Source: Octopus sinensis (taxonomy: Eukaryota). From it: a stretch of DNA of 64,000 bases. How positions within the stretch are numbered: position 1 is the first letter of the stretch; every line of letters begins with the position of its first letter. The translations under genes were made by a program, and so were the position numbers. Of this stretch, positions 23,213-64,000 are shown in pieces. The stretch lies in NCBI RefSeq assembly GCF_006345805.1, contig NC_043006.1, positions 16,740,001 to 16,804,000 on the forward strand, written 5' to 3'. The notes beneath the pieces are model-generated. The model was not told where the DNA came from, made no database searches, and worked only from the letters and a program-made list of their open reading frames with translations.

Positions 23213-25109
23213 AATGATCCAAATTAAAACCCTCCATCAAAATTTCAAGTTTATTTATGCTCTAAACAGCAGCTTAAAAATTCCCTTTAATTTTGGTATA
23301 AGGCTAGCAGTTTTGAGGAGATTACACCAAACCCAAGAACTTGACTGGTATTTATTTTACTGACTCTGAAAAGATAAAAGGCAAAGTTGACCTCAGCAGG
23401 ATTTGAACTCAGAACATAGAGAGCTAGAAGAAATGCTGCTAAAAATTTTTTCCAATACACAAACAACTCTGTCAGCTAACCAGCTTAACCCTCTGGAGAT
23501 GGAGCCTCATTTGGAATTTCTGTGCCAAAAAGATAGCCTTTTTCACAAGCACTACAGAGGGTATGCACTTATTTTTCAAAAAAATTACAAAATATAAATT
23601 ACTTTACATATATAAAACTAAATGTATTCTTGTAGGAAATTGAATGAACTAATACAATGTTCTTCATCATTCAACTTTTAGGCCAACAGATTGGCTCTGT
23701 CATCTCCTAAAAGTTAAATAGCAGCTCAATAATGATTAAATTAGTTTACTAAGTTCTTCATTGTTGGCACGTAAAAAGCACCAACCATTCGTGGCCATTG
23801 CCCGCCTACCCTGGCACCTGTGCCGGTGGCACCTAAAAAGCACCATCCATACATGGCCGATGCCAGCGCCGCCATGACTGGCTTCTGTGCCAGTGGCACA
23901 TAAAAAACACCAACCGATCATGGCCGTTGCTAGCCTCCCCTGGCACCTGTGCTGGTGGCATGTAAAAAGCACCCACTACACTCACGGAGTGATTGGTGTC
24001 AGGAAGGGCATCCAGCTGTAGAAACACTGCCAGATCAGACTGGAGTCTGGTGCAGCCTCCTGGCTTCTCAGACCCCAATCGAACCATCCAACCCATGCTA
24101 GCATGGAAAACAGACGTTAAACGATGATAATGATGATGATTTATTCTTTAACTTGGTGGTGATGGTGAGCAGCAAAGAAAATTCTGATTTGACATGAAGA
24201 TTATATACTGCAGAGTGCTGAAAAAAACCCTCCCAGATTCACTGTTCTTGATAAACATCTCAGCAGAAAATGCACAGTATGCACCATTCTAAACCAGATA
24301 GTAACAGAAAAACAAAGTAAAAACATTGGCTACATGAAAACACCATTATCCACTACCTAACACCATGTCTATGGCTGTGTAAAATATGGGAAGTTTTTCT
24401 GTTGCATCCTGGTTTTCCTTTCTCTGCACCTTCAACACTGCCCTAGTAACTATTGCAAGCAGTGCATGGTGCAATACATGTGCTCGAAGTATATTTATCA
24501 TTAAACAGTATTATCCTAGAAGTGGCAGCATCATTCTATTCTGGGTTTTACTTGTGACCATAGTACAGAGTTAGCAATTGTTAAGAGCTGAGAGCCAGTA
24601 TTTGGAATGCTAATAACCTAAAGAAGTTTGTCTTTGAATGGGACTTGCACAACTTTCACTATAAACATTTCATTACATATTCAACTGTTCTTTACTCCCT
24701 GAAGAATCCCATGTTGTCTCTAATAGTCAGCATCATTGTAGTTGAACTCAACCTAAGATCAGCCCTGAGTAAAAGGGACCTATGATCAAAAACCTTCCAA
24801 CAATGAACACCCCATCTTATTTTTAAGCAGTGTAGCTAAAACCACATGGCCTGCTTTTCACAATAGAATGCCTTAATAACTGCAGTTATAATTGCACTAC
24901 TTCAAACAGAGCACGATCCAATACATGTGCTTGAAGTATGTTTATCATTTAAACTCGTTTAATCCTGCAGGAAAATCATTACTTAATCCTACAATTGCAG
25001 TATCACTTAATGAACAGCTAATTAGTCTGAAGATATTTAACATTTAATGAATATGACCGCACAGCTGTCCAGTTTAGTGCATCCCCAGATGAAGAAACAC
25101 ACAGATCTA

Positions 25110-25801
25110 AAGTCCACTTATTCTTAATTGACTAATGACCGGGAGCTGGCTAGTGACTGGGACCTCTGGAAATATGCTGTGCTGCAGAAGACTCGGCAAG
25201 CGCAAATGTGACCATAACCTTGTGGCCTATGCTAGGTGGGTAACCAGTCCACTTATGTGTGCCTTTTCTTCATTGGACACTAAACTCTGCTTGCGAAGAC
25301 CAGTTGAGGCAAGTGAATTTGAAGTCGAAATCAAACTCGGTGACTGGCATCCTTTGCTAGTGGAACACTAAGAGTACCATACGAGTGAGATCGTTGCCAG
25401 AGCAACAAGCTGGCCTTCGTGCCGATGGCACATTAAGCACACTATTCGAGAGTGAGTGTTACCACACCACCTTACTAGCACTTGTGCTGGTGGCACGTGA
25501 AACATTCAAGCGAGGTCATTGCCAGTGCCGCTGGACTGGCTCCTGTGCAGGTGGCACATAAAAAGCACCATTTGGTCGTGGCCATTGCCAGTACCACCAA
25601 ACTGGCCCTCGTGCTGGTAGCATGTAAAAGCACCCACTACACTCTCGGAGTGGTTGGCGTTAGGAAGGGCATCCAACTGTAGAAACTCTGCCAGATGAAG
25701 ATTGGAGCCTGGTGCAGCCATCTGGTTCGCCAGCCCTCAGTCAAATCGTCCAACCCATGCTAGCATGGAAAGCAGATGTTAAACGATGATGATGATGATG
25801 A
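25110..25801 (+). mobile_element. RTE-clade LINE 3' end (last ORF2 codons, 3'UTR with internal repeats, (GAT)n tail)
   Basis: Frame NDRELASDWDLWKYAVLQKTRQAQM* resembles the RTE ORF2 C-terminus; ends ACCCATGCTAGCATGGAAAGCAGATGTTAAACGATGATGAT. Shorter copies at 23760-24140(+), 30640-30880(-), 33017-33325(+), 37290-37500(-), 44158-44550(-), 45233-45590(+), 50348-50580(-), 55225-55660(-), 63283-64000(-). Confidence 0.75.
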
Positions 25802-26206
25802 AGTGAAGTTAACAGATTTTGTATGTATTTGAATAGCTAATGAGAGTTTTCTGTGCTGTAATTGTTTTAGTTCCTGCACAGGGTCTTCAAGAATATGAAG
25901 AAGGACAACAGCAGTTTTGCTTATAACAAATTACAAACCTAAATTAAACACATGTGAAATTACAATTGTCACATGTAAAAAATATATATATATCTTGATA
26001 TCATGCAATCAACCAAGATTATCATCACACACCCATACTAGCATGGAAAGCGAACGTTAAACGATGATGATGAATGCCCCAGCATGGACCCAAACTGTGA
26101 TAACTGTGAAAATAATTTTTAAGAAGTAGTAAAAACAGAAAAAATTTGCTTTATAAATTTATTTTTCAAACGCTGATTGTATAACTGGAGTTAAAAAATC
26201 ATCGAT

Positions 26207-56061
<29,855 letters not shown>

Positions 56062-58504
56062 CTGGAAATAAAATTATGAGTTTAAAAGTAAATTAATTTC
56101 AACAGCAGAATATATTCAATTAAATTATATTTAATTTACTAAATTTAAATATGTTTCACTGTATTATAGTTTCTCTTATATTGAGAGAAGAGAAATTAAG
56201 CTCAATGGCATGGCCACAGTAAAAATACTTCAATTCTGATTGGAATTAATTCAGCCAGGCATAGTAACTTTTAAGAACTTTCTATGGACTCCTATTTTTG
56301 CAAATATACATATATCAATGCACTACAATGAATCTGACAAAAACAGTTGAATAAAACTTAATTTAATGGAATATATACTCAAATCTCCTTTGATTGCTTG
56401 CTTTATTAAAAAAAGTCAAAAATCATTCAAAATCAAAGTATTCCACAAATTAAGTACTCCAGGCTAAACTATGCTTGACTATATAAAATGGTATCACATC
56501 CTTTCCAAAGCCACAAAAGCAGAATCTCTTTTGTGTATCAAAAGTATGTTATACCAGAACAATTGTTAATGCTTATTAAAATAAAAACATATGTTAAACC
56601 ACACTAGAAATAGCAGCCAAATCTCCATCAAAAATATATGTTGATGCTATACAGCTTTCTGTCATGAAATAGTGCAACCATCAACCAATCAAATTCATGA
56701 TTGTAGAAACTGAGGGAGATCAAATGTGGTTGCTAAACCTTGCTATAAATAGGAGTGAAATCTCCCTCAAAAACAGCTATCATTGTATCTCTCTGTCCTC
56801 CTTTTCCCATTTTCCTATCATACCTTCATTCTGTTTTCCCAGTCACACACATACATTCATACTTTCTCCTCTTTCAACTCCTTTGGCTCATCTCTCCCTT
56901 CTATTCATACCTTCAGTCATATATATATCTTGAAAGAAACAGAAACTAAATAAAATAAAGAGGATTCTTTAGTCTTGCCGAGAACACAGTAACACCTCTA
57001 GTGTTGGTGCCATAAGAAAATGTAACCAGCGCACTCTGTACAGTGGCAGGTATTCAAATTGAAACATTGCAGGATAAAAAAGGGTCTTTAATCATATCAA
57101 AGCAATGACAACATTTCTTATACTGAGAATACAATAGAATGCACCCAATACACTCTGCAAAGTGATTGGTGTTAGGAAGGGTATCCAGCGATAGGAAGCA
57201 TGTCAAAAATGGAATGTATCCAGCAAGGTGTGGTCCCCTAACCTACCAAGAAAGTAGTGTCTCTGAATAAGAATAAGAACTGTCTTGAGATACACCAAAC
57301 TGCCCAACCCTTTGCCAACATGGTAAACAGACATAAATGATGATGAAGATATAAAGAAATAGCGAGAATTTTTTAATTCAGTGTATTTTTAATTTAACTA
57401 AAGATATTCTTAACAAAATGCTGATCAATGATCTATTTTTCAGGCCCTTGTCCTATTTACTTTGGAGTATGTGTAAATATTAGCTAAACACTCATAAATT
57501 CATATATAAAATTACTTGTCAATGTGAAATCATGCATAAATTGTCAAAAGAAAATGAATATTCATTCTCCTTAGAGAAAATTTAACCTTCACTGATTTAT
57601 TTATTGAATGAACTTTCAGCTTTATTCTAATCTTCAGGTATCAAATGTTGGCAAAGGAAAATTAACAAGACAAATTACCATTCACATTTCTGAAAGTGAC
57701 TATGCATACACTATTGAGTTAACTAGAATAAACCCTTATCAGCATAGCAAATTAATGAATTACAATTAGGTGAAAAAATATATATTTACACTTGACACCC
57801 AAGTGACATTTGAAACAGAAATGTATTCTTCCTGAAAACAAAACAAGATAGTCACACCTTGAACCCCTTTGTTCAAATGTCAGCTGAGGGAGAGATTATC
57901 TGGGGTTGAACAACAAAAGTAACAGTACAGTTCTATATTTAAGAGATGAGGAATTATGTACATTATTTACATTTGATGAATATTTGTCATCTTGTTTGTT
58001 GTTAACACGTTTCAGCTGATATAGCCACAAGCCTTCATCAGGCGTCTTGGGGAAATTTCAAACTTGGGTTCTCATTCCTTAGGTATTTTTCAATGTTATT
58101 ATTATTATTATTATTATTATTCAGGTCACTTCCTGGAATCAAACTTGGAATTTTAGGGTTAGTAGTCTGCACTCTTAACCACTATTTCATCTGCCCGTGG
58201 GCAATTATGGAGTGAATTTTAGGGCTTATGAATCTATTTTCCTATCCTTCCTTAATACCAGTTCCCATATGTTATTCATATCTGCGATCAGTCTACTTAG
58301 GAGGTTTTTGTGTCCTAACATATGGTGTTGCTTTTTTAGTTTTCTTATTTTCCAGTGGTGTTCTCTATCTATTATTTTAACTTCATCTCCATTTTTTTTT
58401 TCCATATATGATCAGCTATAACTGATTTATCAATATCTCTTTGTGTCACAGCTTTGCGATGTTCCTCTACCCCTATTTTGAGAGTGTAGCTTGTTTTGGC
58501 TATG

Positions 58505-58546
<42 letters not shown>

Positions 58547-58688
58547 AAAGACGAAGACAGGTGGTGTACAAAACAAACAGATGTATTAGTATAACGCTCA
58601 GGAATAGAAAAAGTCTTTTACGTTTTGAGCCTATGCTCTTCTACAGAAAGGGACACAGAAAAAACAAGGAGAGAAAAAAATGTGTATA

Positions 58689-60547
58689 GTGGTTTTCCAC
58701 TTCGGCATCTGAAACTCAGAGTTTTATCTTGACTATTGTATAATGGTAACATTTTAATTTACAGATAAATTTCCTCTATTTACATAATATTGAGGTCTCT
58801 TTCTTTCTTTTGTTATCTTACCGTTTTTACCAATAAATTACCTCCTGAACGACGCTATTCTTCACTAAGAGCTAATACGGCTTTTTTGGATTATCGCCTA
58901 ACATCGGTTGAGGACTCTAACACACAGAAGAATTTAATATGGACGCCTATTACATAAATTATTCTATGAAAAACATACCAATACCATCAAGGGAACTATA
59001 TTCAAAGAAATTTTAGAGAAAATTACTGATCTAATTAAGCGCATGAGATGGAAAGCTTTCTATTTTAATACAGAAGTGGACACCATGGAAACTACTTTCT
59101 ATTGTATAAAATCTAAAAAATTCCCTCCCAAGATTAAAGGCTTGGAAGATTTCAAAGCGGACCTACTGAAACTTATGAATAAAATAAAATTTCGTAAGTC
59201 TTTTAACAATTTCCAACATGAATTGAAAAAAGATATAAAACATATAAAAAGCTCCAAGAAAAAAGCACTTTTTCGGATAAAACTAAGAATTTATACCTGG
59301 TAGATAACAGCAAATATTCACAACTCTTACACAACAGCATCATTAATAATTACACTAAGGCTAGGCCACAGACCTATAGTGAAATTAATAAAGAAACTAG
59401 CGTTATCGCCGCTAAACTTAAATTAGATAAAAAAATAGAAGTCCTTCCCCAAAAAGAGGCCTTTATTACAATTAAAGACCACAAAGAGAACTTCCTTTCC
59501 AACCCTAAATGTAGGCTTATCAACCAAGCTAAGTCAGAACTTGGGATTATTAGTAAAGAAATTTTAGATAAAATAAATGCGAAAATTAAGACCACTACTA
59601 GGCTAGTACAATGGTCCAATAGTGTAGAAGTCGTAGACTGGTTTAAAGCCATTAAGTATAAGAAAAAAGCGAGGTTTACACAATTCGATATTGTTGATTT
59701 TTATGCCTCTATTTCTAAAGAACTGCTAGATAAAGCCTTGTCTTCGCTAGCAATTTCATAGAAATCAGTACACAGGATAAGGACATAATCTTCCATGCTA
59801 GAAAGACCTTACTTTTCAGCGAGAATGCAAAGTGGGTCAAAAATACCGAAAAATTGTACACGTGTGTGAATATGTATGAGTGGGCAGTTTTAGATGTGTG
59901 TGTGTGTGCGGGCATAAGAATGCATATATATATATATATAGACGTTTTTACTTAGTTTTTTAAATTTTGGGTTTTGGGGCATATGTATATTCCTTTTTTG
60001 TGTATGCGTATATAAATATGTGCGGGTATGTACATATATGGGCGTGTGTGTGTATGAGTGCATAAGGGCATGTCCGTATATGAACGTGGTTTTTATGCTT
60101 TGTATACTTCCTTGTGTTTTTTTCTGTATTGTTACCTTTAACCATGTTTTTTCTTGTGCTTGTGTGCATATAGACGTATGTATGAACTTTTACGGTACAC
60201 GTATGTGTGTATGAGTTTGTATATATGCATATACATTTGGCGAAAAATGTGAGTGAAGATGTGTATGTTTTCACAGTGACATATAAGTACGCACGTGGGT
60301 CCGCGGGCGCACATGTGAGCATATGAATAGCCATGATTACATGTTTACTATGAACATTTAATCTTAATTTATATAAATAGCAGAATTATAACACAGTAAT
60401 TTCCCTTTATATAACGGTATTTTTTCATAGCGTTTTTCATGTGGCCAGATAACCGAAGAGATGGTGTTGTGGATTTCCACTTCGGCATCTGAAACTCAGA
60501 GTTTTATCTTGACTATTGTATAATGGTAACATTTTAATTTACAGATA
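58689..60547 (+). mobile_element. Internally deleted Penelope-like element with 79-bp direct terminal repeats
   Basis: RT N-terminus IKRMRWKAF, IKDHKENFLSNPKCRLINQAKSELG, QWSNS..WF, QFDIVDFYASI. Repeats at 58689-58767 and 60469-60547. Confidence 0.88.
60447..60509 (+). ncRNA. Variant or decayed hammerhead motif in the Penelope 3' LTR
   Basis: Stem I AGATAA/TTATCT, core CCGAAGA (U4C), stem II GATG..CATC, GAAA, stem III ACTC-A-GAGT, GTT site. Confidence 0.45.
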
Positions 60548-60565
60548 TATATATATATATATAAA

Positions 60566-63146
60566 TGGCCCGAAGGTCACATACTCTCAGGAATGAATCA
60601 TTGCAAGCAAGTACAGGTGGAGTCCCTGCTCAACCTCACCAATGCCTTATTCATGGAGCAAGTTGTACTTAAGTCAACTAGGGAGAATAACATTCTGGAT
60701 CTCTGCTTCACGAACAATATGGACATCATTCATGATGTGAAAGTGGCACCGACATCAGTTTCGGATCACAACATAATAGAGCTGTCTATGTTTGGGCCAA
60801 AAGTAACCAGAGACATACAGCCTAAAGGAAGCACCTGAAATCTCTCCAATCTGAACTTCCACAAAGCAGATTGGAAATCGATCCAAAAAGAGATCCTCAG
60901 AGAGGACTGGCCAGAATGTCTCTCCACACCAGACATTGACATGAAACTAGAATTTTTCATGTCTTCTGTGCAAGCCGTATGCCAGAAATATGTCCCAGAG
61001 CACAAGGCCAAAACAAATAGGAGCAAGATTCCAAGAGACAGGAAGATCCTCATGTGACAACGGACGAAGGTTGTTGCAAATCGTCTCAACCAACATCCCA
61101 AAAGTAGCGAAACGTCCCGCCTAAAAACAACACTGATGGAGATCGAAAAAAGGCTGCAACAATCCTATGTGAAGGAGAAAGCAGACAAAGAAGCCTGGGT
61201 TATAAAAAACATTAAATCAAACCCAAAGGCCTTCTTTCATTACGCGAAAGCAACAGTCTCAGTGCACTACAAGATAGGACCCCTCCTCCAAAAGGATGGC
61301 TCCCTCACAGACAGTCCAACTAAGATCAGTGAGATCCTAAATGACCAGTTCAAAAGTGTCTTTACCACCCCGTTGGAACACAGACAAGTGAATGAACCAG
61401 TGGACTTCTTTGCCGCCTCACCTATAACCAGCGAGGCGGTTACAATAGAATGTATTGACATTAGCGAAAAAGATGTCCTACTAGCCATAGATGAAGTGGA
61501 CACAAACTCAGCTGCTGGTCCAGATGGTTTCCCAGCCATCCTCCTCAAAGCGTGTAAGCATGCTCTGGCAAAACCCCTCAAGATTCTCTTCCAGAGCTTT
61601 CTTGCGAATGGCAAACTGCCAAGCAAGCTGAAGGAGGGAATAATATGCCCAATACATAAAGGGGGAAGTAGAGCAGATGCCAAAAACTATAGGCCTATCT
61701 CTCTGACTTCACACATCAGCAATGTCATGGAACAGATAGTCAGAAAGAAACTAATCGCATTCCTTGAGGAAAATAACTTGCTGGGTGATACCCAGCATGG
61801 TTTTCGACCAGGTAGGAGCTGCCTGATCCAGCTCTTACAACATTATCACTGGGTGTTGAGGCAGTTACTCAACAAATTAGATGTGGACATAATATACCTT
61901 GATTTTGCAAAAGCTTTTGACAAGGTGGATCATGGTATGATATGCCACAAACTACGTGACCTCGGCATAGCTGGAAAACTTGGAATGTGGTTGCATGACT
62001 TCCTGAAAAATAGGAGTCAGGCAGTAGTGGTTAATGGAGCCACCTCTATGAACACACAAATAGTGAGCGGTGTTCCACAGGACACTGTCTTGGGACCACT
62101 GCTTTTTATAGTGGCCCTCTCAGATATGCCCTCAAATGCCCGGATAGCCACTCTGGCCAGCTATGCAGACGATACGAAAGTCTCGCAGAAAATACAGAAC
62201 CCCAGCGATGTTGCACACCTGCAGCAGGAGTTGGACTCAATCTACAGATGGGCTGAGGATAATAATATGCAGTTTAATGCTGAAAAATTCCAGGCCCTGT
62301 GCTACCAGCATCCAAAACTGAATATTAAACTTACAGGATACACCGGTCCACAGGGAATTTCAATCCCAGAGCCTAAAGTCTGTGAGGGACCTGGGTATCG
62401 ACATGAGTGATGATACCTCTTTCTAAGTGCACATTACCAGGATGGCGACAAAGTGCAGATGACTGGCTGAGTGGATCCTAAGAACATTCAGAACCAGAGA
62501 TAAGGAAACCATGATGGTCCTCTGGCGAACATTCGTCCTCAGCCGCCTGGATTACTGCTCACAGATATGGTCACCCACCAGTGTAAAATTAACAGCGGAC
62601 CTTGAAGCAATCCAGAGAAGATTCACAAAGAAGATCGTCTCTTTGCAACAGCTCAGCTACTGGGAAAGGTTGAAACAGCCAAGACTCTACTCCCTGGAGA
62701 GAAGATGGGAGAGGTATGCAGTAATATATGTCTGGAAGATCCTGGAAGGAATTGTGCCAAATTTTGGCATTGTAAGCTACACCAATGCTAGAACGGGACA
62801 ACACTGCATAGTGCCAAAGATCCCAGCAATGCCATCACGCTTCAGGACCAGCTTCCGCAACAGCCTGGGTTTCAAGGGCCCACAGCTTTTTAATATTCTC
62901 CCAAAGAGTCTGAGGAACTTGCACAAAGTAGATGTAGTGGTTTTTAAATCAAAGCTGGACATCTTCCTGTCAAGAGTCCCAGATGAACCTACCTCACGGC
63001 AAGAGGTGCAAATGAGAGTAGCTATATCAAACTCCATTCTTCACCAAGTGCCACATATTAGACGAGGTTCATCGTAATAACAGTGTAGCACAAAACGGCG
63101 GTGCATCAGCATGGCCGCAGCTCTGAGCTGAAACTAGAAAAAAAAA
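60566..63146 (+). mobile_element. CR1-clade LINE, 5'-truncated ORF2 (APE end plus RT), inactivated
   Basis: TRENNILDLCF..SDHNII (APE); QHGFRPGRSC, YLDFAKAFDKVDH, GVPQDTVLGP, YADD (RT). Stops near 60838, 61056 and 62424, frameshift near 62385; 3' hairpin and A9 tail. Confidence 0.95.
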
Positions 63147-63233
63147 TATGTATATGTATATATATATATATATATACATGCATATATATATATGTAAATA
63201 TATGTATGTAAATATAGAATGCGTATGTGTGTT

Positions 63234-63264
<31 letters not shown>

Positions 63265-64000
63265 ATATGTGTATCATCATCATCATCATCATCGTTTAAC
63301 GTCCGTTCTCCATGCTAGCATGGGTTGGACGGTTCGACCGGGGATCTGGGAAGTCAGAAGGCTGCACCAGGCTCCAGTCTTATCTGGCAGTGTTTCTACA
63401 GCTGGATGCCCTTCCTAACGCCAACCACTCCGTGAGTGTAGTGGGTGCTTTTTACGTGCCACCTGCACAGGTGCCAGGCGAGGCCGGCAACGGCCATGGT
63501 CGGATTGGTGTATTTTATGTGCCACCGGCACGGAAGCCAGACGAGGCGGTGCTGGCATCGGCCACGAGTCGGATGGTGCTTTTTACGTACCACCAGACCA
63601 GGGATCCTGGCTGGTTCAATTCGATTTCGATTTCGCTTGCCCCAACATGTCTTCGCAAGCAAGGGGGTTGGCATGGGTGCCTGTTGTACGGTCAGATTGG
63701 TGTATTTTACGTGCCACCGGCACGGAAGCCAGTGGAGGCGGCGCTGGCATCGGCACGAGTCGGATAGTGCTTTTTACGTACCACCAGACCAGGGAACCTG
63801 GCTGTTCAATTCGATTTCGCTTGCCCCAACATGTCTTCGCAAGCAAGGGGGTTGGCATGGGTGCCTGTCGTACGGTCAGATTGGTGTATTTTACGTGCCA
63901 CCGGCACGGAAGCCAGTGGAGGCGGCGCTGGCATCGGCCACGAGTCGGATAGTGCTTTTTACGTACCACCAGACCAGGGATCCTGGCTGGTTCAATTCGA

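Noticed and set aside
24357-24975. Duplicated exon-like segments (MINILRAHVL.. and MINILQAHVL..) on the minus strand
   Set aside because: A short local duplication is real (about 24470-24545 vs 24918-24975), but the frames are short or stop-interrupted and no family was recognised.
25881-25925. GLQEYEE resemblance to nitric oxide synthase
   Set aside because: Only 7 residues match, then the sequence diverges and stops.
59860-60360. ORFs at 59960-60334 and 60020-60214
   Set aside because: TG/TA-rich degenerate sequence inside the Penelope element.
61267-63037. Antisense ORFs over the CR1 RT (also 40471-40719 and 40954-41193)
   Set aside because: Shadow frames of LINE coding sequence.

Overview
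Eukaryotic chromosome left end, about 64 kb. The SINE/RTE/microsatellite make-up suggests a coleoid cephalopod, probably an octopus (inference). Bases 1-3809 are a (CCCTAA)n telomeric array punctuated by 20 near-identical copies of a 31-bp non-telomeric cassette, all in one orientation. The subtelomere is dense in tRNA-derived SINEs, RTE 3' ends, CR1 LINEs, Penelope-like elements (with hammerhead motifs), mariner/Tc2/piggyBac/MULE/Helitron remnants and microsatellites. One host gene could be assembled by hand on the minus strand: a 9-exon D-2-hydroxyacid dehydrogenase (glyoxylate/hydroxypyruvate reductase A-like, 26207-56061) with consistent splice phases and one apparent +1 homopolymer frameshift; its start exon was not found. 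Nearly all ORF-track entries are microsatellite or repeat artefacts. Main leads: the telomeric cassette, a well-formed type I hammerhead, a SINE/CR1 shared 3' tail with a covarying hairpin, and two fold-back or inverted duplications.
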